A stretch of 64,000 bases of DNA. Origin: Bifidobacteriaceae bacterium (GTDB lineage Bacteria > Actinomycetota > Actinomycetes > Actinomycetales > WQXJ01). The stretch is from the NCBI GenBank assembly GCA_031281585.1, contig JAITFE010000060.1:26782-90781 (forward strand). Reading direction: 5' to 3'. Under the pieces are notes generated by a model, which saw only the letters and a list, made by a program, of their open reading frames with translations, was not told where the DNA came from and made no database searches. Below are positions 50,224-59,319 of this stretch, in pieces (the first letter of the stretch is position 1; each line of letters begins with the position of its first letter). The translations under genes and the position numbers were made by a program.

Positions 50224-51592
50224 GCCTGAATCGCTCGATCCGGTGGATTCGACCCCTGGGGATTCGGAGGCGGCCGCGCCGGAGGCCTGCCCGCCTGCGG
50301 CTGCTGGGCCCGGTCCCGAGCGCCCCGAACTGACCACACCCGAGGATCGGCTGGCCGCAGAAGCGATGGTCGAGGCGGCGGCTTTCTTGGACGATTCGAC
50401 GGACGCCCGCGACCACGCGGAAAGACGCTGGAGCTTGGTGCTGGGTTTGGGCGACGGCCTGACCGGCGAAGACGCGCGCCTGTGCGCGGCGCTCAACGCG
50501 GTTTACGGCGGTCCCGGCGGCGCTTCGGGAGGCGGGCCGGGCGGGTCTGGCGGCCCCCGGTCCAAGCGCGGCGGCCTGGGCCGCTCCTCGCCCAAGGCCC
50601 TGGCGGCCTGGCTGGATGACCTGCGCGGATTCTTTCCACGCGGAGTTGTCCAGGTGGTGCAACGGGACGCTCTGCAACGGCTGGGGTTGACGCAACTGCT
50701 GATGGAGCCGGAGGTGCTCGAATCGGTCGAACATGACGTCAACCTGGTGGCCGATCTGATCGCGCTGGGCCAGGTCATGCCGGAGAAGACCAAGGCCGCC
50801 GCCAGGGTGGTCATCGGCGAAGTGGTGGCGGAATTGATGGCCCGGCTGGAGCTCCGGATGGCGGAAGCGGTGCGCGGCGCCGTCGACCGGTCGCGGCGGA
50901 CCAGCCGGCCCCGCCCGGCGGACATCCACTGGCCCCGCACCATCACCGCCAACCTGCGGCACTACCAGCCGGAGTATCGAACCGTCATCCCGGAACGGCT
51001 GGTCGGCTTCATGCGGCACCAGCGCCGCCTGGTCGACTTGGACCAGGTTGTGATGTGCGTGGACCAGTCGGGGTCCATGGCGTCATCGGTCATCTACGCC
51101 TCGATCTTTTCCGCGGTCATGGCCTCCCTGCCCGCCGTCTCCACGAAGCTGGTCTGCTTCGACACGTCAGTGGTGGACCTGACCGACCAGTTGGCGGACC
51201 CGGTGGACGTGCTCTTCGGCGTGCAATTGGGCGGCGGGACCGACATCAACCAGGCGGTCGCCTACTGCGCTGATCTCATGGACCGGCCCAGCAGGTCGCA
51301 CTTGATCCTGCTGACCGACCTATATGAGGGCGGCGACGAGGAACAACTGCTGCGCCGCCTGGCTTCCCTCACCCGCTTGGGCGTCAACGTGATTGTGCTC
51401 CTGGCGTTGACCGACCAGGGCGACCCCGGCTATTCCGCCGAGACGGCGGAACTGGTCGCGGCCCTCGGCATTCCGGTGTTCGGCTGCACCCCCGACCAAT
51501 TCCCGGACCTGATGGCCACGGCGCTGCGCCGCGAGGACATCGCCGCCTGGGCGGCCAAACAAGACATCCGCCTAATCCGCCCCGCCGCCTGA
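50216..51592 (+). CDS. von Willebrand factor A (vWA) domain protein (gene 5 of the operon)
   Basis: 458-aa ORF overlapping gene 4 by 8 nt. The C-terminal vWA domain has the MIDAS motif VMCVDQSGSMASS ... GGGTDIN ... LILLTDLYEGG. Confidence 0.85.
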   Translation: MLEPESLDPVDSTPGDSEAAAPEACPPAAAGPGPERPELTTPEDRLAAEAMVEAAAFLDDSTDARDHAERRWSLVLGLGDGLTGEDARLCAALNAVYGGPGGASGGGPGGSGGPRSKRGGLGRSSPKALAAWLDDLRGFFPRGVVQVVQRDALQRLGLTQLLMEPEVLESVEHDVNLVADLIALGQVMPEKTKAAARVVIGEVVAELMARLELRMAEAVRGAVDRSRRTSRPRPADIHWPRTITANLRHYQPEYRTVIPERLVGFMRHQRRLVDLDQVVMCVDQSGSMASSVIYASIFSAVMASLPAVSTKLVCFDTSVVDLTDQLADPVDVLFGVQLGGGTDINQAVAYCADLMDRPSRSHLILLTDLYEGGDEEQLLRRLASLTRLGVNVIVLLALTDQGDPGYSAETAELVAALGIPVFGCTPDQFPDLMATALRREDIAAWAAKQDIRLIRPAA

Positions 51593-51607
51593 ACCACCCC
51601 GGCGCCA

Positions 51608-51624
51608 CCAGCGCCAGGCGCTGG
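51608..51624. terminator. Short GC hairpin between the convergent vWA and xth genes (weak terminator candidate)
   Basis: CCAGCGCCAGGCGCTGG is a near-perfect palindrome 16 nt after the vWA stop. It has no U-tract. Confidence 0.2.
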
Positions 51625-51815
51625 CCCGCCCGCGACCGGCGGCGACCAATCGACCACGGGGCGCCAATCCGCCGCCAAGTCGCGCCCAAACCCCTCCTCA
51701 ATCCCGTTTGAGCGCAATCCGGCCAAGAACAAGTGGGCCTCATTGACCTCAAACGGGTCCCGCAAGCCGTTCCAGGTCAAGCCGGCCGCATTCCCCGAAG
51801 CGGCGGCCGCGCCGC

Positions 51816-52634
51816 CTACCGGGGCTGGTAGCCCGGCAGGTCGTAGGTGACGGTGAAGGGGGCGTGGTCGGTCCAGCGGGTGTCATAGCGTTCGGCCTTG
51901 TCGATCCGGAAGTCGACGGCCTTCCCCGCCAGGTTCGGGGTGGCGATCTGGTAGTCGATGCGCCAGCCGGTGTCATTGTCGAAGGCCTTGCCGCGCCAGG
52001 ACCACCAGGTGTATGGCCCCTCGCGGTCACCGGCCAGCGCGCGGCCCACATCGACCCAGCCCAAGTCGGCGAACCAGCTGGTCAGTACCGCCCGCTCCTC
52101 CGGCAGGAAGCCCGAGTTCTTCAGGTTGCCTTTCCAGTTCCTCAGGTCCGCTTCCCTGTGGGCCACGTTGAAGTCCCCGCTCACCACGGCCTGCCGGCCA
52201 TCCGCCGCCAGCGCCCGCAAGCGCTCGGTCATCGCGTTCAGGAAGTCAAGCTTGTGCTGCTGGCGAACGGTGCCGACTTCACCGGAATGCACGTAAGCGC
52301 TGACCACGGTCAGGTCTTGGCCGTCCGGCAGCACCAGGTCGGTTTCCATCCAGCGCCCGGTGTGGGTGTCCAAAGGTTCGAGCCCGGGCAGTCCCTCGCG
52401 GCTGGCGGTCACGGGCAGCAAAGACGACACGGCCACCCCGGAACGGCCTTTGATTCGCGACACGGACTGATGCGTCTCGCGCCCCGGCAAGAACGGCTCC
52501 AGCACGTCCGCCGGTGCCCGAACCTCCTGCAAGCACAGCACGTCCGGAGACGCGCCCCGCAGCCAACCGTCCATGCCCTTGCGCATCGCGGACCGGACGC
52601 CGCCGGTGTTGAGGGTCGTTATGTCCAAAGTCAC
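51816..52634 (-). CDS. xth: Exodeoxyribonuclease III (EEP family)
   Basis: It has LDITTLNTGGVRSA...DVLCLQEVRA...SGDFNVAHREADL...TWWSWRGKAFDNDTGWRIDY...DHAP. The likely start is the GTG at 52634; the ORF-track start is 52682. Confidence 0.8.
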   Translation of the reverse strand: MTLDITTLNTGGVRSAMRKGMDGWLRGASPDVLCLQEVRAPADVLEPFLPGRETHQSVSRIKGRSGVAVSSLLPVTASREGLPGLEPLDTHTGRWMETDLVLPDGQDLTVVSAYVHSGEVGTVRQQHKLDFLNAMTERLRALAADGRQAVVSGDFNVAHREADLRNWKGNLKNSGFLPEERAVLTSWFADLGWVDVGRALAGDREGPYTWWSWRGKAFDNDTGWRIDYQIATPNLAGKAVDFRIDKAERYDTRWTDHAPFTVTYDLPGYQPR

Positions 52635-52688
52635 TGCCCAAGGGTATCCCGCCCGGAAGCCGGGCCCGCCGCCCGCCGGCAAGCGACC

Positions 52689-53828
52689 CTACGCCGCCCG
52701 GCTGAAAGCCTCTTTGAGTTTGGCTCGCGCGCCGGTCCGCAGGATCGAGTTGGAGTACAGCCGCCCGCCCACCCAGATCGCGAGGACCGTGGTCAGGGCG
52801 AGGATCACCAGCGCGGCCAGCGGCTCCCACCAGGCGACTCCCTCCACCAGGATGCGCAACGGCATGGCGATGGGCGAGGAGAATGGCACATACGACAGCC
52901 AAGCCACCACGGTCGAGTTGTCCTGGAACGAGATCACCAGAATGTAGGGGATCATCAGCAGCATCATGGTGGGCATCAGCACGGAGCCGACGTCCTCCAT
53001 CCGGGAGACCATCGCGGCGCTGCCCGCCATCAGTGCGGAGAACATCACAAACGCCACAACGAAGAAGACCAGGAACCAGACCAGCGGGCCGCCCAACAGG
53101 TCCATCAGACTGCCGCCCACCCCGGCGGCGGCCGCGAATTCGTCGCCGTACCGGGTCACGTCGCGCAGGCCCCCGCCTACTGCGAAACCGCTGATCAGCG
53201 CCACGCCCAGCAGCGCCACCGTTCCCACGGCCAGCACGGCGTTGCCCAGAACCTTGCCGGCCAGCAACACCCTTGCGGGCACCGCCGCCAACAGGATCTC
53301 GATCACCCGCGTCTGCTTCTCAATCACGGTGTTGGTGGCCGCCGTCTGCCCGAACATCATCACGATCATGAAGAACACCACCGCGAACCCCACCCCCGCC
53401 AGGTACCGCAGCAGACCCGCCACCCGGGGCGGCTCCAGCAACTCCACCGGCGGCGCCACGGTCAGCGCGCCCAGCAGCCCGGACGGCGCTTCGTCCAGGG
53501 CGATCAGCGTCACGCCCAGCGGCGGAGCCTCCTGGTCCGGCACCAACGCCGCCTCCACGGAACCTTCCTTGACCGCCTGACGGGCGGCGGCGGCATCGGG
53601 CAATTCTTGGACTTCGAAACCCTTCAAAGCGGGCGCCAACTGGGCCGCGTCGCCCACCACGGCGACTTTGCCGTCAGGCTCGTCGTCTCCGCCCAGGCCG
53701 GACAGCACGCCGGGCAGCGCCACCCCCAGGAACACAATCAGCGCCATCACCGCGGTCCCGATCAGGAACGACTTGCTCCGCGCCTGCGTCACCACCTCGC
53801 GTCTCGTCACCAGCCACACGCGGTTCAC
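52689..53828 (-). CDS. ABC-2-type transporter permease (NatB-like)
   Basis: 379-aa ORF. It has an N-terminal TM helix, a large extracytoplasmic loop and then about 5 C-terminal TM helices. It overlaps the ATPase gene by 4 nt. Confidence 0.75.
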   Translation of the reverse strand: MNRVWLVTRREVVTQARSKSFLIGTAVMALIVFLGVALPGVLSGLGGDDEPDGKVAVVGDAAQLAPALKGFEVQELPDAAAARQAVKEGSVEAALVPDQEAPPLGVTLIALDEAPSGLLGALTVAPPVELLEPPRVAGLLRYLAGVGFAVVFFMIVMMFGQTAATNTVIEKQTRVIEILLAAVPARVLLAGKVLGNAVLAVGTVALLGVALISGFAVGGGLRDVTRYGDEFAAAAGVGGSLMDLLGGPLVWFLVFFVVAFVMFSALMAGSAAMVSRMEDVGSVLMPTMMLLMIPYILVISFQDNSTVVAWLSYVPFSSPIAMPLRILVEGVAWWEPLAALVILALTTVLAIWVGGRLYSNSILRTGARAKLKEAFSRAA

Positions 53829-54754
53829 GCGACCACCTCCTTGAACACCTCGCTGAGCGGCGGCACCACCCGGCCGAACCCTTCCACCGGCCCCACGGCC
53901 ACGGTTTCCGCGAGCGCCTGTTGCGCCACCCCCGGCTCGGCGTCGAAACAGATTTCAGTGCCCGATGCCGTCCCCGTGCCCCCAGCCCCGTCCCCCGTAA
54001 CGTTGACCGCGCCGACGCCCGGGATGGCGGCGATCCGCGCCTCGGCGGCGGCGCCCAGGGCGGACGGCACGGTCAGGCGGTAGCGGGAGCCCGCGTACCG
54101 TTCTCTGAGCGCGGCGGTGGCGCCTTGCGCCTTGACCTGGCCGGCCGCGATGATCACCAAGTCGTCGGTGATGCGTTCCACCACGTCAAGCTGGTGGGAG
54201 GAGAACAAGATGGGCGCTCCCCGGCTGGCGAAGTCGCGGAGCACGCCCATGACCACGTCGACGGCCATGGGATCCAGGCCGGAGAAGGGCTCGTCCAGGA
54301 TCAGGGCGGCCGGGTCGTGGACCAGCGCGGCGGCGATCTGCGCCCGCTGCTGGTTGCCCAGCGACAGTTTCTCCACCTTGTCCGCCGCCCGCGCCGTCAA
54401 GCCCAAGCGTTCAAGCAGGCCATCGGTGTTCTGCCGCGCCTTCGCGGAGTCCAGGCCGTGGAGTTCCGCGAAGAAGACCAGTTGTTCGCGCACGCCCATT
54501 TTCGGGTAGAGGCCGCGTTCCTCCGGCATGTAGCCGAACCCGGACGCGACTTGCGGGCTGGTCGGCCGGCCCTCGAACTCCACCTCCCCCGAATCGGAGG
54601 AGAGCACCCCCATGATGATCCGCATCGCGGTGGTCTTGCCGGCGCCGTTGGCGCCCACGAACCCCGTCAATCGGCCCGGCCGGACCTGGAAACTGACCTT
54701 GTCCAAGGCTTGCAGCGAGCCGAACGCGCGGCTCACTTCCCGCATTTCAAGCAC
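53825..54754 (-). CDS. ABC transporter ATP-binding protein (NatA-like, with a DUF4162-like C-terminal domain)
   Basis: It has Walker A (GANGAGKTT), the signature motif (LSLGNQQR) and Walker B (LILDEPFSGLD). Confidence 0.85.
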   Translation of the reverse strand: MLEMREVSRAFGSLQALDKVSFQVRPGRLTGFVGANGAGKTTAMRIIMGVLSSDSGEVEFEGRPTSPQVASGFGYMPEERGLYPKMGVREQLVFFAELHGLDSAKARQNTDGLLERLGLTARAADKVEKLSLGNQQRAQIAAALVHDPAALILDEPFSGLDPMAVDVVMGVLRDFASRGAPILFSSHQLDVVERITDDLVIIAAGQVKAQGATAALRERYAGSRYRLTVPSALGAAAEARIAAIPGVGAVNVTGDGAGGTGTASGTEICFDAEPGVAQQALAETVAVGPVEGFGRVVPPLSEVFKEVVA

Positions 54755-54789
54755 CGTTGCCTCCAGTGTCGGTTATCTGCTTGTGTTCT

Positions 54790-55677
54790 TTATCGGCTTG
54801 CGGCGGCGGCGCGTTCGGCCGCCTCGACCACGTTGGTCAGGAGCATGGCTCGGGTCATGGGTCCGACCCCGCCCGGGTTGGGCGAGAGCCAGCCCGCCAC
54901 CTGGGCGACCTCCGGGGCGACGTCCCCGGCTATGGCGAGCTTGCCGTCCGCGCCGGCCACCCGGCTCACCCCCACGTCCAGGACCACCGCGCCCGGTTTG
55001 ACGTCTTCGGCGCGCACCAGGCCGGGGAACCCGGCGGCGGCCACGATCACGTCCGCCTGGCGCAGCAGGTCCGGCAGGTTCTTGGTGCCCGTGTGGGTCA
55101 GCGTGACGGTGGCGTTGATCTCGCGGCGGGTGAACAGCAGGCCGATCGACCGTCCCACGGTGATGCCCCTGCCCAGCACAACCACATGGGCTCCGCGCAG
55201 GTCCAGGCCGTTCCGGGCGATCAGGTCGATAATCCCGCGCGGCGTGCACGGCAGCGGCGTGGCGACAGGCGCGTTGACGTTCAGCACCAACGCCCCCAGG
55301 TTGGCGGGGTGCAGGCCGTCCGCGTCTTTGGCCGGATCGATGGCTTTGATGATCGCGTCGGCATCCAGCGCGGGCGGCAACGGCAGTTGGACAATGTAGC
55401 CGGTGCAGGCGGGGTCCGCGTTCAGCCGCGCCAGCGTGGCCATGACCTGGTCTTGGCTGGCGTCGCCCGGCAGGTCGGCTCGGATCGAGGCGATCCCGAC
55501 CTCCGCGCAGTCGCGGTGCTTGCCGTTGACGTAGATGACCGATCCGGGGTCTTCCCCCACCAGCACCGTGCCCAATCCGGGCTGGACCCCTTGGGCGCGG
55601 AGCGCCGCGACCCTCGCTTTCAGGTCTTCCTTGATTTGGGCGGCGGCGCGGCGGCCGTCCAACACCCGCGCCGTCAT
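54790..55677 (-). CDS. folD: Bifunctional methylenetetrahydrofolate dehydrogenase/cyclohydrolase
   Basis: 295-aa ORF with ...[42 protein letters not shown] and ...[13 protein letters not shown]. It overlaps the glyA stop by 4 nt. Confidence 0.9.
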   Translation of the reverse strand: MTARVLDGRRAAAQIKEDLKARVAALRAQGVQPGLGTVLVGEDPGSVIYVNGKHRDCAEVGIASIRADLPGDASQDQVMATLARLNADPACTGYIVQLPLPPALDADAIIKAIDPAKDADGLHPANLGALVLNVNAPVATPLPCTPRGIIDLIARNGLDLRGAHVVVLGRGITVGRSIGLLFTRREINATVTLTHTGTKNLPDLLRQADVIVAAAGFPGLVRAEDVKPGAVVLDVGVSRVAGADGKLAIAGDVAPEVAQVAGWLSPNPGGVGPMTRAMLLTNVVEAAERAAAASR

Positions 55678-56966
55678 TGGGCTAGGCCCGTGTACAGCGG
55701 GAAATCGTCGGCCAGCCGGGCGGTGCGGGAGCGCAGGGCGGCCACGTCCGCGCCGTCCCCCTCCCTGAGCGCGGTGGCGATCACGTCGGCCACCTCCGTG
55801 AACTCGGCGGGCCCGAATCCCCTGGTGGCCAGGGCGGGCGTGCCAATTCTGAGGCCGGACGTGATCATGGGGGGGCGCGGGTCGTACGGCACGGCGTTCC
55901 GGTTGACGGTGATGCCGACCTCTTCCAACAGGTCCTCGGCCTGGCGGCCGTCGAGCGGCGATTCGCGCAAGTCCACCAAGACCAGGTGCACGTCGGTGCC
56001 GCCGGTCAAGACCGACACCCCGGCCGCTTTGACGTCTCCGGCGGACAGGCGCTCCGACAGAATCTGGGCGCCCTCAAGCGTGCGGACCTGCCGGTCGCGG
56101 AAGCCGTCCGTCATGGCGATCTTGAACGCCACGGCCTTGGCCGCGATCACGTGCATCAGCGGGCCGCCCTGCTGGCCGGGGAACACCGCCGAGTTCAGCT
56201 TCTTGCCCCATTCCTCCTGGCTGCGGGACAAAATGAACCCGGAGCGCGGCCCGCCCAGGGTCTTGTGCACGGTGGAGGTGGTGACGTCCGCGAAGGGCAC
56301 GGGGTTCGGATGCAGCCCGGCCGCCACCAGCCCGGCGAAGTGCGCCATGTCGACCCACAGCCGCGCGCCGACCTCGTCCGCGATCTCGCGGAACGCCGCG
56401 AAGTCCAGGTGCCGGGGGTAGGCCGACCAGCCGGCGATGATCACCTGCGGCCGGTGCTCCAGCGCCGCCGCCCGCACGGCCTCCGGCTCGATCCGGTTGG
56501 TCACGCGGTCAACCTGGTACGCCGCGACCTGGTACAGCTTGCCGGAGAAGTTCAGCTTCATGCCGTGGGTCAGATGCCCGCCGTGGGCCAGTTCCAGGCC
56601 CAGCAGCTTCTCCCCCGGCTCCATCATGGCCGCCAAGGCGGCCGCGTTGGCCTGCGCCCCGGAGTGCGGCTGGACGTTGGCGTAATCCGCCCCGAAGAGC
56701 TCCTTGGCTCGAGCGATCGCCAGTTCCTCGGCGATGTCCACGACCTCGCAACCGCCGTAATAGCGCCTTCCCGGATAGCCTTCGGCGTACTTGTTGGTCA
56801 GCACCGACCCTTGGGCTTCAAGCACTCCGCGCGGCACGAAGTTCTCCGAGGCGATCATCTCAAGGGTGCGCCGCTGGCGGGCCAGTTCCCCGTCCAGCAC
56901 GGCGGCGATTTCCGGGTCGACTTCCTCCAGAGGCACGGCGGTCAAATCGGTCGCATCAGTGGTCAC
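55674..56966 (-). CDS. glyA: Serine hydroxymethyltransferase
   Basis: 430-aa ORF with a GTG start preceded by GAGGAG. SHMT signatures are LEMIASENF and [14 protein letters not shown] (the PLP lysine). Confidence 0.92.
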   Translation of the reverse strand: MTTDATDLTAVPLEEVDPEIAAVLDGELARQRRTLEMIASENFVPRGVLEAQGSVLTNKYAEGYPGRRYYGGCEVVDIAEELAIARAKELFGADYANVQPHSGAQANAAALAAMMEPGEKLLGLELAHGGHLTHGMKLNFSGKLYQVAAYQVDRVTNRIEPEAVRAAALEHRPQVIIAGWSAYPRHLDFAAFREIADEVGARLWVDMAHFAGLVAAGLHPNPVPFADVTTSTVHKTLGGPRSGFILSRSQEEWGKKLNSAVFPGQQGGPLMHVIAAKAVAFKIAMTDGFRDRQVRTLEGAQILSERLSAGDVKAAGVSVLTGGTDVHLVLVDLRESPLDGRQAEDLLEEVGITVNRNAVPYDPRPPMITSGLRIGTPALATRGFGPAEFTEVADVIATALREGDGADVAALRSRTARLADDFPLYTGLAQ

Positions 56967-57201
56967 GTCTAGGTCTCCTCATCGGTCTGCGCTGTGGGCC
57001 CCGGCGGGGCTCCAACGCCAAACGCCGTCCGCCCATCCGTCGACCTAGGCTTTCGCCCAGACCGCCGGGTTCAACGCCCGTTTGGCCGTAGACAATCCTA
57101 TGACCGCCACCGCCCGATCCCGTCCGGCAACGGGCTATCCGGCCAACCGAGCCGTGTTTCGGGTCCGTCCGGCCCTTGCGGCCCCAAGCCCAACCTGAAT
57201 T

Positions 57202-57218
57202 GTCTGCTCGGAGCAGAC
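57202..57218. promoter_or_regulatory. Perfect 8+8 inverted repeat GTCTGCTC-G-GAGCAGAC in the divergent glyA / lipoprotein intergenic region (candidate operator or hairpin)
   Basis: The palindrome is read directly from the sequence. It lies about 240 nt upstream of glyA and about 85 nt upstream of the 57303 ORF. Confidence 0.3.
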
Positions 57219-57302
57219 CGCCTGTACCGTCTGGCGGATTAGCGTGGTTTCAATTCGGCTAGATGCCGCGCAAGCGCGGGAATATGACAAAGGAGGGTAC
57301 TG

Positions 57303-57740
57303 ATGGAGAAACTACGGAATTGGCTGCTGGCGGGAGCTGCGGCAGTGGTCATGGTTGGGGCGGCCGGATGCGGCGAGGAAGTTCCTGGCGAGCCGATGGC
57401 GCTCGAACACGGAACCGCCGTTGTGACCAAAGTCAACGACAACCCCAACACCCGACCACCGGGCCTCAGCTTCGACGATGCCGTGGTCAACGTGCATGTC
57501 GCCTACACCGTCAACGACGGTTCGTCCGCCAGTTCCGAAGAACTCTCCGACGAATTGGTGCGCACCAGCGTAGTCGAAGATGCCGACGGCACCGAGATCA
57601 ACGGTTCTTCAGGGTTCTCTCTCATAAGTGGCGAGGTGGTCGAGGTTATCCTGGCGTTTCCGCTGCCGGACGGTGCCAGCGCCCGCGACCTGACCTTCCG
57701 GAACGGCGAATATCAGGTCAAACTCTCCGCGGTGCTCTAG
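57303..57740 (+). CDS. Small hypothetical lipoprotein
   Basis: 145-aa ORF with AAGGAGGG 8 nt upstream of the ATG. Signal peptide and lipobox: MEKLRNWLLAGAAAVVMVGAAGC. Confidence 0.6.
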   Translation: MEKLRNWLLAGAAAVVMVGAAGCGEEVPGEPMALEHGTAVVTKVNDNPNTRPPGLSFDDAVVNVHVAYTVNDGSSASSEELSDELVRTSVVEDADGTEINGSSGFSLISGEVVEVILAFPLPDGASARDLTFRNGEYQVKLSAVL

Positions 57741-58226
57741 CGGGAGTTTCCCTCTTGTTGTAGGGACGGCCACCCGGCGAGGTTTCCGCTGGTGCGGTTC
57801 TTTTCCGCGTGGCCTCCTACGAAAGCTATACCGGCCACCCCCGTGTCCCTCGTGTGGACGACATCCATGACCCGCCTCTCAGCTCCATCTACGATCTGAT
57901 TCCTGACACAAGCCGGAACGCCCGCGGGAGGCGGCCACGGAACAGAATCGGATTTCCACGCGTGCTCAAACACGGGGCCCTGACCCCCGGCCCGCCGCGG
58001 CCACCAGCGAACCTCGTATCGCTTGAGGCTTGTCTGCGCCCAGGATGGCGGGCTGGCGAAGGTCGGGGCGGGGCCCGCCGCGAACTCCGCCGTCCCGGCC
58101 ACCGCATCCAGCGACCGGACGGCATCGGGCAACACCGCTGGTCAGGGCGCTGGTAGCGGTTCCACAGCGCCGGGGCTAGGATTAAACACGACCTATTCTT
58201 CGCCCAAAGACCCCCAGGAGTCGCAC

Positions 58227-59261
58227 ATGCTTTACACCCATCTTGGCCGCATCGGCCTTAAAGTCTCCCGACTGTGCCTCGGCACCATGAACTTCGGGCC
58301 GCAAGCCGACGAGCCGACCGCCTATCGCATCATGGACGCCGCGCTTGACGCGGGGCTGACGTTCTTCGACACCGCCAACGTCTACGGCGGCTGGGGCGGC
58401 AAGCCGGAGGCCCACTCGGGCTGGACGGAGGAGATCATTGGGCGCTGGTTCGCCCTTGGCGACGGCCGCCGCGAGAAGGTGGTGCTCGCCACCAAGCTTC
58501 ACGGCGCCATGAATAATCCGCTGGACGGCCCCAACGACCAGCGCGGCTACTCCGCCTACAAGATCAAGCGGTCCGTCGAAGCCTCGCTGAGCCGCCTCCA
58601 AACCGACCACATCGAGCTCTACCAGATGCACCACATCTACCCCCACGCTCCGTGGGACGAGGTCTGGGGCGCCTTCGAGGACCTGGTCGCGGCGGGCAAG
58701 GTGGTCTACGTCGGCTCATCCAACTTCGGCGCCCGGCATCTCTGCTGGGCTCAGCAGGCCGCGCAGTCCAGGCACTTCGTCGGCCTGGTGTCGGAGCAGC
58801 ACAAGTACTCGCTCCTCACCCGCCAGCCGGAACTCGAGGTGCTCCCGGCCGCGCTCGAACTGGGGCTCGGCGTGATCCCGTGGTCGCCGCTCGGCGGGGG
58901 GCTCCTGGGCGGCCACGCGCTTGACGGCCAAGGCGGCGAACGTTCGTCCAACGCCGCGGCACAGTTGGACGATGCCGTGCGCGCGCGTTTGGCCCGCTTC
59001 CACGAGTTGGCCGCCTCCGCCGGCGTCAGCCCCGCGAATCTGGCCCTGGCCTGGACCTTGGCCAATCCGGCCGTGACCGCGCCGATCATTGGGCCAAGGA
59101 CCACGGAACAACTGGCGGAGACCCTGGCGGTGCCGGAGATCAAGCTCGACACGGACCTGCTGGCGGCCCTGGACGAGGTCTTCCCCGGACCGGGAGACCC
59201 TGGCACGGGCGCCGATCCGGGCGCCCAGCGCGCCACCGCGCCTTGGGCTTACGCCTGGTAG
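58227..59261 (+). CDS. Aldo/keto reductase family oxidoreductase
   Basis: From MLYTHLGRIGLKVSRLCLGTMNFG... (ATG 58227, CAGGAG upstream) the product is 344 aa with AKR motifs (FFDTANVYG, IELYQMHH, GSSNF). The part of the ORF upstream of that start is rejected. Confidence 0.85.
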   Translation: MLYTHLGRIGLKVSRLCLGTMNFGPQADEPTAYRIMDAALDAGLTFFDTANVYGGWGGKPEAHSGWTEEIIGRWFALGDGRREKVVLATKLHGAMNNPLDGPNDQRGYSAYKIKRSVEASLSRLQTDHIELYQMHHIYPHAPWDEVWGAFEDLVAAGKVVYVGSSNFGARHLCWAQQAAQSRHFVGLVSEQHKYSLLTRQPELEVLPAALELGLGVIPWSPLGGGLLGGHALDGQGGERSSNAAAQLDDAVRARLARFHELAASAGVSPANLALAWTLANPAVTAPIIGPRTTEQLAETLAVPEIKLDTDLLAALDEVFPGPGDPGTGADPGAQRATAPWAYAW

Positions 59262-59319
59262 GCCGCTTGACAAAACCGACGCCCCCGTGCCATCCGGCAC
59301 GGGGGCGTCGGCGCGTCTG

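Noticed and set aside
51864-54083. A 739-aa plus-strand ORF antisense to xth and the ABC transporter genes.
   Set aside because: The minus-strand products have clear EEP and ABC motifs (Walker A/B, signature motif). The antisense product is His/Arg/Gly-rich without motifs.
56967-57302. A confident ZTP (pfl) riboswitch call upstream of glyA. Also a plus-strand look-alike (GUCUGGCGGAUUAGCGUGG at about 57227-57245).
   Set aside because: Only a partial match to the 3' conserved element is present on the glyA strand. The plus-strand string lacks the pairing partner helix and the CCUGGGC element. It is reported only as a low-confidence prompt for cmscan.
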